Assembly (NCBI GenBank): GCA_002633005.1
Contig: NMRA01000021.1
Coordinates: 1,293,629 to 1,357,628, forward strand
Source: Phoronis australis
Lineage: Eukaryota > Animalia > Phoronida
DNA: 64,000 bases
Direction: 5' to 3'
The notes below the pieces were generated by a model, which did no database searches, had not been told where the DNA came from, and saw only the letters and a program-made list of their open reading frames with translations. A program made the position numbers and the translations under genes. Shown here piece by piece: positions 41,701 to 53,492 of the stretch (position 1 is its first letter; each line of letters starts with the position of its first letter).

Positions 41701-44700
41701 GCTGTATATGCTGCAATCGAGCATCGGAGGTCAGTAACTCTGGCCTTACGTCAAGTCTAAATGAGAACAAGAAGAATTATGCTAAAACTTGAAAAATATT
41801 GCATAACAATGACCAGAAAATACAAAACAAAGAAATGAGAATGAACCCAGTCAGGTAAACGGTCACTTGACAGAGCATACAAAACAGCATATTACAGTCA
41901 GTGCCAACTGAGGAGAAAGTGGCAGGAAAACAATCCTTGCATGATGGAAAACAAAAAATAGGCTCTAAGTTATGTAAGAGCTTATCAACGAGTCGGCAGG
42001 AGACAGTGTGGCTTTGTGGGATAAGTTTCCGCTTACTTTACTCAATTTTGGGGGTTCGCGTTACACTGGGGCACGCCGCTAGACCCTTGAGTCAGGTATC
42101 TAGTTTTAACTGCATAAAGCATAAAATGGTTCTAGATGATTATCTTATGACTACCCGAGTGGCCTGCGCATGTTTGGTAGAACATGTACTAGACTTCACG
42201 CATTTATTTTTATTCACCGACAAGAAGCACGCGCTAGGGCCTACATATAGGGCGCCTGCTACTCTGGCAAATGAACTCTGATGGCATGCACGCGCTTGCT
42301 CACTCGGCACATACCCGGTCCTGCAGACTAACTTCAAAACAAACGTCATGTGACAACAACATGTGTGTTCGTCCAGATTTTTCTCTTGTTGCGGGGGGAG
42401 GGGGGGGGGGCGATCTAGCGCAGATTTGGACTTAATGGACTTAATCTCAATCTGGGGTTAATACCGACTCCACAGGAACTTTAAAATCTTAGGGACGCTA
42501 TTTGGAAAGCTTAACGAGGATTTCAGGTAATTTGTTGAGTTGAAACTGTATTTTTACTCAAGAATTCAAGTTGCCCTATCAACGATCGCCAGGCAGCGAC
42601 GCATCAGCCGGCAAGTTTTTGCCCTGGGATGTCAGCACATTATTTTTTTTTAAAAAAGATCGTAATTTAACAACAAAGTTTGATAGCAATGCACCGCAGT
42701 TTTGTAGACAGTCTGTCATAGGTTACAGTATACGTCACAGCGCGTAAATTTGATGAATCCTAGCTTCTGATTTCACCCATTTCTGAGACCGGGTTTCAAC
42801 CACCTTAGGCTACAACAAGCGCCTCCATTCCAAAACGAATTTTTCTAAGCACCCTGGGTATACGGTAGCCCTAATAGATGGTGACATCAGTGCACGAAAC
42901 GATTTTTATTGACACTGGCAGCAAGATTGTGGTGACAGACGCAAACGGCTGTGTGACTGAACTTTGGGCTGGGCGAGTAAATTTTCTGGCTCACTCGCCC
43001 AACTGGCGAGCAGGGTTTTGAAACCTGGGTATATCCCCGTGAATCCATGTCAAAGGAATAAAAACAGTGTCCTAAGTACATGATTGACATGGGGTCTTAC
43101 TTTTGATGCTTGGGTTTGGTAACAGCTAGAGTTCTACTGTCACCATCATCATCAGAATCGTTTCGTGTGTTCGCCATTTTTGATGCTTTCAAAGTCTGTG
43201 CTTCCTCTGTGATAAATAAAATACACGTCCTGAATGTTATGACATCATTTACAAACATTTAGTCTAGAATGAGTTTAAACAAACTGACCATTCACAGTAA
43301 ACACCACAACACCAAAGTTTGTTAAATCACTGCCTGAGTTATCAAACTTGAAAAAGATAAACAATAAATTGTGCACAACATTCAAAAATGCGGAGTAGTA
43401 ATAAAAATTTCTTGTCATTTGCAGACATCTTCGATGTATGCATTGACCCACTTAGTTAAGCTTACTTAGTTTCGACCCTCATTTCTTCCTCAGACCAAAA
43501 ATCCAATCTTATCGGAGTAAGAAGCAATTGCAGACTATTCTATAACTTACAATAAGTGGTCTACATCATTTCAATAAGGACCGTGTTAAATACTTGCTTT
43601 TGGTCATTTCATCACTTTGTCTTGAACATTGCATAGAAAGCAACGTAAATGTACATAATACAGTAAACGCTTGTAGTGTATGTTAATATTCAATTGTGAG
43701 GTCTTTATTACATCTGTATTATATGATGAAAGCCGCTCAAATGAGCATTAAGACATACTGCCAGCGTATATCGTATGAGCACATACGCACGCACTCACAC
43801 ACTCACATCTGCTTTCTAAGCACTGTTTGCAAGTAACCAAAAGCCAAGAATTTAACATCGTCCTTATCGCAATTGTGTATAGTTAGGAATAAAAACTGAA
43901 CACAATAAAATCCAAAAAAAAAATGGTGACAACACCAAAACTGCAGTTTTTAAAGAAAATGAATTAAGGTAACAAAGCTAAGGAAGCTTCACTCAGCTTT
44001 TTACGGTTAGAGATTTGTGGGATATCTGCAATGGAGACACTGGTTCTCCAGCAGAATGAAACAAACCAATAAAACCATAGGAATGTACAACTACATTTGC
44101 AGCCAACAAGTGGCAAGAAAAATGTATATCCCACAACTCTCTTGCTGTAAAAAGGTCAATTAACCTGAAGTAAGGTCATTCCTCCGCCTCTTGCTTTTGT
44201 GCAGTTTCTTTTTGAGTTTCTCTCCTACGTATGTCGTAACATCTGCTTTGGCAAGTCGTTGGGCACGCGTTTCACCAATCTCTTCATTCACTAAACCATC
44301 ACTGTAGAAGACAAATGTTTTGCTAGAACAATGTAGTTTCATTCACAGGGATTTCCATACATATGCACACAACGCAGTGCAGGATTTCAGATTCATAATG
44401 CTTAATCGTCATGGAAGACCGTCCGGAGTTGGTATATGGTGCTCGGGACGGTCTGGGGTCTACAGAAAACCACAGTTCAACTGTGAGTCTACACCAATGT
44501 GATAAACAAGAGTAGTTCTACTTGCTGCGTCAGCTGCTGGTATGCTTATCTCTTTTATGACACACAATTGGTGACCGGGCAAAGCGTTTTCAAAATAAAT
44601 CAGTGGAGTGTGAGACCCCTGAGGTCCCTGTCAAGTCCTCACGGCAATTTTACGTTATGCAAAACTTGACTGATCAGGCTGAGCAATTAAAGTACAAAAT

Positions 44701-47700
44701 AATTTGCAATTTTACTTGACATGCGCCTTGCAATGTTGTTCAATTTTAGTGTCTTGAGAGCTTTGAGTATATGGATAAGAACTCAATCCCTGGTCCACAA
44801 TGAGAGGCTCAATCTTTTGATGGGAAGGTGCCAAATGTCAAAAAATTTACCCCTTCGCGAACTTCATAGAGTTGCAGTTCAAGTTTTCAAATTTTGTTCC
44901 AAACTTTGAGGGTTGTCGAGGGTTGTAGAGCATTATTTTGCTTCAGGGAATTAGATGGGAATGTTGTTTTTAATATCTGTTAATTTGTCAAAACTGGGTT
45001 TGGAATCCTTTTAACAGGAAACCCTCGTTAATAGAATAAGGAAACAAAATTCCACGTTTCATGAGAAAACATGTGTGCAGAAATTATGGTGACATTTATG
45101 AAAAATTGAGATTTTTAAAAGATAGTCTCATGATTACACACATTTGGGCATTATTTTTTGCACAAAAAGATTCCGTCATCATCAAAGATTACAAAATACA
45201 GTTTGATGGGTCTACTATTAAATAGTTGAATGAAATTCGATTCTGGGTAATTTATGGATTTCTATGTAATTGTGGTTATCTTGAGATTTTTGTGGTCAGT
45301 ACATATAGTTTCTTTCATCTTAAATAAGTTTGGCAAGATCACTGAAGAATCAAAAAAAATATTGCAATGTACAGCAGCCGAAGTAAGTGACTAAACTAGC
45401 AGCTTAATATACACAAACCATCATGACTTTACAGACACTGAAACAGTATGTATACAGTAGCCAGTCTCTGACTGAATACATCCNCTGCTAGACCCTTGAG
45501 TCGGGTATCTAGTTTTAACTGCATAAAGCATAAAATGGTTCTAGATGATTATCTCGTGACTACCTGAGTGGCCTGCGCATGTTTGGTAGAACATGTACTA
45601 GACTTCACGCATTTATTCTTATTTATCAACAAGTGTATTTAGCCAAGTAACTAGTACGACATTATAGATTTTTAACTCGGTAAATGACATATTTTCTGAA
45701 AGCAGAAATCCTGTAGAATTTAATTTTTGATAGGGTTACGTTGCCATGTAGAACTTAGCAGAAAAGAAGATAGTATTACGTTCATAGCAAAACAAAAAAC
45801 AATTTTCATTAGCTGTAAGTGTTCAAGATGAAATCTCAAAAAAACAGTTAACAGGCTGAGTTTTCTAATCAAACATTCCGTGTTTGTTTTATGCAACTTT
45901 TATTCATTTTTTTCACAAAAATCATGACAAAAGTTCTATTTTTAATAGCCCCTAAAATGCAACATTTCAAAAACAATTCCTAACACCTTTTGGGAAACAA
46001 CGTGAAAGTTTCTGCTGAATACGGTCAACCATTTCTGAGATATGATGCCAAACTTTTTACATTTTTCTGGTATCTTACAAGTAATAGGAGAGAAAAGGGA
46101 CAATTACGGAGAACTGAAATAGACAATGACTGGCAAAGTACGAAAATAAAACTAGCCAAAGTCACATGGCAATGTCAAACATTAGAGAGGATTAGTAAGA
46201 TTTTGTTAGAACTTACTGTTTCCTCTCTACACAAACCCAATGTACACTCTCACTCTTAGAGACCTAAGCAACCAAACAATGTGCTTTGGAATGTATAAAG
46301 TACTATTCGTCTTGTGAATCAGGGATATACTTACTAGCCACTCGCCCAGTCGCCAATGTGAGTAAAAATGGTGCTGAGCGAGTAGAAGTTGACTTGCTGG
46401 TCGCCCAGGTGGCGAGTAAATTTTCAGAGCGCAAAAGCACATACTATTATTGTTTCCCAGATGAACATGAATAAATTTTCTCATCTTTATGCTGTTCTTA
46501 TCATGAATTTAAAGTTTAGTTTGGTCAGAGTGTCGATGCTCTGGCAGTTAAAATCATTGGCGCAGTGCGATCCTACCGATTCAGTAGATGTCACCCGTTG
46601 CACGATTCGTATAGACAAAAGATCACGGTTTGTGGTCGTGCACAAAGGAATTTAAGGACTAGTCCGAAACGAAGAAAAGGGGAGAAAGGCGGAAGACAGG
46701 TCCATGTGTTCACAGCAAGAGAAATACCATATTTCTTGGAACTGATTTCTTATTATAATGTACACCATATTTCTTGGAACTGATTTCTTATTATAATGTA
46801 CAGTGTCATTTTAGCCAAAAATATTTTATAAATAATAACATTCGTCCTAATAAGCGCCCATGCCCCTATAAGTGCCCCACCACTCGTTTTCAAACTTTGC
46901 TAAAATAAGCGTCCAGTCCATGGATGCGTACGTATGTCAAAAATGCCTCACCTACAGTTCTAAAATTCTACAGTAATGTCTTCAATTTATCAGTAATATC
47001 CGACAGTCCTGAAAAATCATTGTGTGCAGAATTTCTAGACCATGAGTCTCACCGCTATGTCAGTATGTAGCTGTACACTTCAAACTTCCGCAGTGTTTCA
47101 AAAAGAGCGCAAATGTTTTGCTGGTTAGGCCTTTCAGAACAGATGCAGCGTACTTATCAATGGGACTGTATTGTAACTTTCCCGTACAGATCTTCTCCCT
47201 CAACAGGAATCCAGATTACTTTGTACATGTAAAAAAAGCAAATCGAAACTTGACCAGTGTTAATGAGCACATGGCCAAGAAGCGCGCGCTAGGGCCTTCA
47301 TATAGGGTGCCTGCTACTCTGGCAAATGAACTCAGATGGCATGCACGCGCTCGCTCACTCGGCACATACCCGGTCCTGCAGACTAACTTCAAAACAAATG
47401 TCACGTCACGTGACAACAACATGTGTGTTCGTCCAGATTTTTCTCGTGTTGCCGTGGGGGGGGGCCATCTAGCGCAGATTTGGACTTAATGGACTTAATC
47501 TTAATCTGGGGTTAATACCGACTCCACAGGAACTTTAAAATCTTAGGGACGCTATTTGGATTTCAGGTAATTTGTCGAGTCGAAACTGTATTTTTACTCA
47601 AGAATTCAAGTTGCCCTATCAACGATCGCCAGGCAGCGACGCATCAGTTGGCAAGTTTTTGCCCTGGGATGTCAGCACATTATTTTTTTTTAAAAGATAA

Positions 47701-50700
47701 TAATTTAACAACAAAGTTTGATAGCAATGCACCGCAGTTTTGTAGAAAGTCTGTCATAGGTTACAGTATACGTCACAGCGCATAAATTTGATGAATCCTA
47801 GCTTCCGATTTCACCCATTTCCGAAACCGGGTTTCAACCACCTTAGGCTACAAAAAGCGCCTCCATTCCGAAACGAATTTTTCTAAGCACCCTGGGTGCT
47901 TATTAGGGCGAATACGGTAGCCCTAATAGATGGTGACATTAACACACGAAACCATTTTTATTGACACTGGCAGCAAGTTTGTGGTGACAGACGCAAACGG
48001 CTGGGTGACTGAACTTTGGGCTGGGCGAGTAAATTTTCTAGCTCACTCGCCCAACTGGCGAGCAGGGTTTTGAAACCTGGTTATATCCTGTGAATCCATG
48101 TCAAAGGAATAAAAACAGTGTACTAAGTACATGATTGACATGGGGTCTTACTTTTGATGCTTGGGTTTGGTAACAGCTAGAGTTCTACTGTCACCATCAT
48201 CATCAGAATCGTTTCGTGTGTTGGCCATTTTTGATGCTTTCACAGTCTGTGCTTCCTCTGTGATAAATAAAATACACGTCCTGAATGTTATGACATCATT
48301 TACAAACATTTATCATACAAACAATTTTTTCACGGAAATTGGCGATGGATGGCCTACCGCAGAACACAAGAATGAGGTGGTTTGTTATACGGACGGCTCT
48401 AAACTGGAAAATGGCCAGACAGGTGCTGGGGTCTACTTTCCAAGCCTTATCTGTAACGCTGTATTTTTTCTTTCTTATTCTCTGGTGGCTCCGTGGTCAG
48501 CGGACCTCTCGGGTCCTTCACGGAGTCTCCATAAGTGTAAATTTGTATCAACTGTATTTTTTGGTTTTTGACTTAAAGTGAATAAAGTGTATTACTACTA
48601 CTACTACTTCCTGTTGCAGAACGATGCAGAAAACTGGGTATCGTTGGGCAATCTTGCCACGGTGTTTCAGGCTGAGATCACTGCAACTAATAGAGCTGCT
48701 CAACTGGCACAACAATATAACACTGAACCTGGTAATCGGCCAATTACCATCTTTTCAGATAGCCAGGCAGCAATAAAAGCCCAAAAGAAACTAATTGTCA
48801 ACTCTCGTTGTGTTAATGCTTGTATTAATGAGCTTAACAAGCTTGCAATTGAAAGAACCATCAATATACGCTGGGTCAGGGCCCATGTGGGAATTGATGG
48901 CAATGAGAATGCAGACAGACTCGCAAAGATAGGAGCAAGCGTTCTGCATTTTGTGCCTGAACCTGCTATCCCGGTATCTTACGGTTGTTGTAGGATGAGT
49001 ATACGCAACTGGGTACATACGCAGTCAGCAGCCCAGTGGGCATCACTTAACTCCTGCAGAGAGACCACGGAGAATTTTCCCAACGTGATCGAACCAAAAG
49101 GTTCAAAAAGCCTTCTGAGTCTAGACAGATTGGGTATAAGACACATCATTCAAATTTTGACAGGCCACTGCAACCTAGCCCGACACAGACACATTACTGG
49201 GAATATGGGGAGCCCTGTGTGTCCCGAGTGTGGTACTGACGTAGAATCTCCTAAGCACCTGGTAGAGTCTTGCCCAGCTTTTTATAGGCTAAGGAGCAAC
49301 CTACTGGATGGCATTGTTACATGCCTACAACATATAGTGCATGGCAACAAATGGAAACGTCTGTCCGTTTTCCTAAAGGAGACTGGCAGACTTGAAAACT
49401 TTCTTCACGAGGAGCCATAATTGGGGTCCCGTGCCTTTGCTCAGGTGTTTTGTGCAATGGGCCCAACCATGAGGCCTGCGCACGTCTGATTCACCGCAAA
49501 TGACATCAGACCACCTGCACTGTTTTTTTGTTTTGTTTTTTACAAACATTTAGTCTAGAATGAGTTTAAACAAACTGACCATTCACAATAAACACCACAA
49601 CACCAAAGTTTGTTAAATCACTGCCCGAGTTATCAATCTTGAAAAAGATAAACAATAAATTGTGCACAACATTCAAAAATGCGGAGTAGTAATAAAAATT
49701 TCTTGTCATTTGCAGACATCTTCGATGTTTGCATTGACCCACTGAGTCAAGCTTACTTAGTTTCGACCCTCAATTCTTCTTCAGACCAAAAATCCAATCT
49801 TATCTGAGTAAGAAGCAATTCCAGACTATTCTATAGCTTACAATAAGTGGTCTACATCATTTCAATAAGGACCATGTTACATACTTGCTTTTGGTCATTT
49901 CATCACTTTGTCTTGAACATTGCATAGAAAGCAACGTAAATGTACATAATACAGTATACGCTTGTAGTGTATGTTATTATTCAATTGTGAGGTCTTTATT
50001 ACATCTGTATATGATGAAAGCTGCTCAAATGAGCATTAACACAATAACTGCCAGCGTATATCGTATAAGCACATACGCACGCACTCACACACACATCTGC
50101 TTTCCAAGCACTGTTCACAAGTAACCAAAAGCCAAGCATTTAACATGGTCCTTATCGCAATTGTGTATAGTTAGGAATAAAAACTGAACACAATAAAATA
50201 AAAAAATGGTGACACCACCAAAACTGCAGTTTTTAAAGAAAATGAAAAATAAGGTAACAAAACCAAGGAACCGTCACTCAGCTTTTTACGGTCAGAGATT
50301 TGTGGGATATCTGCAATGGAGACATCGGTTCTCCAGCAGAATGAAACAAACCAATAAAACTATAGGAATGTACAACTACATTTGCAGCCGACAGGTGACA
50401 AGAAAAATGTATATCCCATAACTCTCTTGCTGTAAAAAGGTCAATTAACCTGACGTAAGGTCATTCCTCCGCCTCTTGCTTTTGTGCAATTTCTTTTTGA
50501 GTTTCTCTCCCACGTATGTCGTAACATCTGCTTTGGCAAGTCGTTGGGCACGCGTTTCACCAATCTCTTCATTCACTAAACCATCACTGTAGAAGACAAA
50601 TGTTTTGCTAGAACAATGTAGTTTCATTCACAGGGATTTCCATACGTATGCACACAACGCAGTGCAGGATTTCAGATTCATAATGCTTAATCGTCGTGAA

Positions 50701-52298
50701 AGACCGTCCGAAGTTGGTATATGGTGCAACTCGGGACGGTCTGGGGTCTACAAAAAACCACAGTTCAACTGTGAGTCTACACCAATGTGATAAACGATAG
50801 TTCTACTTGCTGCGTCAGCTGCTGGTATGCTTATCTCTTTTATGACACACAATTGGTGACTGGGCAAAGCGTTTTCAAAATAATGTGGATAAATCAGTGG
50901 AGTGTGAGACCCCTGAGGTCCCTGTCAAGTCCTCACGGCAATTTTACGTTATGCAAAACTTGACTGATCAGGCTGAGCAATTAAAGTACAAAATAATTTG
51001 CAATTTTACTTGACATGCGCCTTGCAATGTTGTTCAATTTTAGTGTCTTGAGAGCTTTGAGTACACAATGAGAGAGGCTCAATCTTTTGATGGGAAGGTG
51101 CCAAATGTCAATAAATTTACCCCCTCGCGAACTTCATAGAGTTGCAGTTCAAGTTTTCAAATTTTGTTCCAAACTTTGAGGGTTGTCGAGGGTTATAGAG
51201 CATTATTTTGCTTCAGGGAATTAGATGGGAATGTTGTTTTATCTGTTAATTTGTCAAAACTGGGTTTGGAATCATTTTAACAGGAAACCCTCGATAATAG
51301 AATAAGGAAACAAAATTCCAAGTTTCATGAGAAAACATGTGCAGAAATTATGGTGACATTTATGAAAAATTGAGATTTTTAAAAGACAGTCTCATGATTA
51401 CAGACATTTGGGCATTATTTTTTGCACAAAAAGATTCCGTCACCATCAAAGATTATAAAATAAAGTTTGATGGGTCTACTATTAATAGTTGAATGAAATT
51501 CGATTCTGGATAATTTATGGATTTCTATGTAATTGTGGTTATCTTGAAATTTTTGTGGTCAGCACATATAGTTTCTTTCATCTTAAATAAGTTTGGCAAG
51601 ATCACTGAAGAATCAAAAAAAATATTGCAATGTACAGCAGCCGAAGTAAGTGACTAAACTAGCAGCTTAATATACACAAACCATCATGACTTTACAGACA
51701 CTGAAACAGTATGTATACAGTAGCCAGTCTCTGACTGAATACATCCCAGTTCCAAAGATGGCACTGTTAGCTGCATGAACATCTATGTGATCAGTATAGT
51801 CTTCTTCAATCAGACTGCTGTAATGTATGTTTGGCTGTATTCTGCATTTTAACGATCATCTGGACTTCAAGCCTTCGTACAAATTGATTTTAATAACCAA
51901 ATCGATAATTTATATGTATTTCCAAGTCCAAAAATTGATTTCTTATTCTAAATAATTTAAACATTTCAATTTACTTTTAAATTTAATCAGGAATATCTGG
52001 TCCTGAAAGCTTACACTTTGAAGAATTGTATTTGGCCCTTAAATTTGTTTGGAGGTTGTTTGAAACCTAGGCTTGACTTCCAGATAATTGAGACCTTTAA
52101 TTCAGGATTATCTGCTTGAAAAACACCTAGTAACCTGTTAATTACGGAGGCTGACAATGAAACACCATCCACATCAATAGTTCCCTCTAATCCGTCTAAT
52201 CGTCTATCACAATTATCGGCAGGTTTGGAATTTTCCAATCCAAACCAACTGGCCACAAGGTTTTTGTGGCCAGAGTCTACCTCCAGTTGATTCGACAT
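38800..52298 (-). CDS. Uncharacterised basic, K/R-rich protein (about 360 aa if the duplicated exons are counted once); possibly nuclear/nucleolar
   Basis: Phase-consistent exon chain: 52298-52015 (MSNQLEVDSGHKNLVASWFG...), optional 51817-51743, 50586-50450 (or 44301-44165), 48257-48152 (or 43206-43101), 40872-40527, 39038-38943 (ETSSASRGRKRKRKKTRSKQKNIKKDNRPEHL), tentative last exon 38841-38800. Four of five differences between the duplicated exon copies are synonymous, which supports coding status. Confidence 0.7.
43101..43206 (-). CDS. Uncharacterised gene, exon Y, copy A
   Basis: As 48257-48152, with one synonymous change and one V/L change. Confidence 0.7.
44165..44301 (-). CDS. Uncharacterised gene, exon X, copy A
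   Basis: Same peptide as 50586-50450, with 3 synonymous substitutions. Confidence 0.75.
45484..45484. other. Single-base assembly gap/join (others at 25340 and 55450)
   Basis: An n character with an abrupt change of sequence context on either side. Confidence 0.85.
46320..48090. mobile_element. hAT-like non-autonomous element with 5-bp TSD, containing a nested pogo-like MITE
   Basis: cagggatatac / ttatatcctg ends; subterminal actcgccca..ggcgag repeats; TGAAT at 46315-46319 and 48091-48095. Confidence 0.65.
46840..47917. mobile_element. pogo/Tigger-like MITE (same family as the 63373 element)
   Basis: attcgtcctaataagcgccca... left end; ...gggtgcttattagggcgaatacgg-TA right end. Confidence 0.7.
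48152..48257 (-). CDS. Uncharacterised gene, exon Y, copy B
   Basis: atcacag / GTAAGA, 106 nt, EAQTVKASKMANTRNDSDDDGDSRTLAVTKPKHQ. Confidence 0.7.
48313..49538 (+). mobile_element. 5'-truncated RNase H-containing non-LTR retrotransposon (I group, LOA/Lian-like)
   Basis: YTDGSK..GAGVY, VFQAEITA, IFSDSQAAIKA, WVRAHVGIDGNENADRLAK (RNase H) followed by LTGH...CPEC..ES..H...C knuckle. 14-bp TSD tttacaaacattta at 48299-48312 and 49539-49552; the empty site is present in copy A (about 43248-43261). Confidence 0.93.
48439..48603 (+). mobile_element. Short LINE 3'-tail/SINE-like insertion nested in the RNase H ORF
   Basis: Splits GAGVYF/LLQND; ctactt duplicated at 48433-48438 and 48604-48609; hairpin ggctccgtg...ggacc-tctcg-ggtcc...cacggagtc, AATAAA and (TAC)n tail. 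Confidence 0.75.
50450..50586 (-). CDS. Uncharacterised gene, exon X, copy B
   Basis: ctacag / GTTAAT, 137 nt, DGLVNEEIGETRAQRLAKADVTTYVGEKLKKKLHKSKRRRNDLTS. Confidence 0.75.
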
Positions 52299-53447
52299 TT
52301 CTTTGGGCTTCTGTAATGTCACGAAATTGTTCCCAAAAAGTCACAGATTACTTTCTTGCTGATGTACTTCAGTTAAACACGTTTTGTTCTGCTGTTTGCT
52401 GTTTACATGCACGTGTGGCCTAGCAACAGCAATATTGTCAAGAAAATTTCGCAATGTGTAGCAAAACAAAAAAATAAAACTTAACACTGGAAAGGAAATA
52501 ATAATGGAACGCTTGTTCCTGCTACCACAAGATCATACAAATTTTTCAAATTACAATCTTATAAACGGGAGAATTTTAACCCAGTTACTTATTGCACAGT
52601 AACAAATGCAGTCGGAGAAAGAAGGATAATTAAAAATTCCTAAGGTTTAACTCTTGCTTTCGGGCAAATGAAGGTAAGATTTGACGGCTTTAACTGTTGT
52701 GCTTGAATTTCAGGTAGCCTTGTCTTCGTGCATTACATTTAAGCTTTAACAATGCGTTAAATTTATCTAGTTAAACCTGCTTTTTCAACTTAAAACTTGA
52801 AGTGTGACTAGCTGGGAATAAATTTTAAAAATTGAGCAAGTTCCTCGTTCTGCTGAAAACAAGTGTTGACATTAATTATTACTGTTCTGCTGTTGTTCCT
52901 TTATATTTGATACTACTATGTGCTGAATCGTCTAGTCACAGTGATTCCAAAAATGTAAAACTTGTACTGATTGTTCACTTGTTATTCATAATTTTTTATT
53001 TTTTCTAGGCGTTCATTTGCAATGCAATGCGATTTAGCCAATTAGTTAGGCAACCATTTTCAAAAGTGCGACACCTTTTGGCAGGATTGATAACTAACGG
53101 TCAACCTGGAGTGAAGTTGGTTTGATGTAGAATGTGTTTCTGTGTTCGCGTATTTTACCCTGCCATTGACGTTAGTTATCACATTACCTAATTCCACTTA
53201 ATGTTTTAAACAGTTGTTGTCTCTGAGACAGTCAGAGGTGACACATGTCCGCAATAACAAGAGCTGAAATCTTGTCTGCGAGATGTGAAGTGTTTTCAAG
53301 GATGATATTTGTCCGCAAGAACACGCACTCTCATGTTTTTTATAAAGAAGAAGTTTTGAAGAGGGGCAATTCTGTGAAAAGGTCAACCTTGACACAAAAA
53401 AATAAAATTGTGGCTACACTGACATTTTTGATTTCTAAGAATGTGGG

Positions 53448-53492
53448 AACACCTGACGATGGCCGGTGAAGAGACCGACCGAAACGTCGTGA
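53448..53492 (+). ncRNA. Minimal type I hammerhead ribozyme, Penelope-like element type
   Basis: cac-CUGACGA-U-ggccggu(gaagag)accgacc-GAAAC-GUC-gug: conserved core, 6/7-bp stem II, palindromic ACGU vestigial stem III, 3-bp stem I. Confidence 0.6.

Larger units (their letters stand above)
42078..51746. repeat. Tandem near-duplicate blocks (A 42078-45483; B 45487-51746) joined at n45484
   Basis: Both start gctagacccttgagtc.ggtatctag and end ctgactgaatacatcc. They are colinear with scattered SNPs and small indels; B carries about 1.65 kb and about 1.24 kb of extra sequence. Confidence 0.95.

Noticed and set aside
46727-46802. 38-bp tandem duplication (also 2480-2538 and 27906-28020)
   Set aside because: Ordinary local slippage inside repeats; no sign of function.
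48578-49420. Host RNase H1 gene
   Set aside because: Intronless, TSD-flanked, absent from copy A, interrupted by an insertion and followed by a LINE-type CCHC knuckle.
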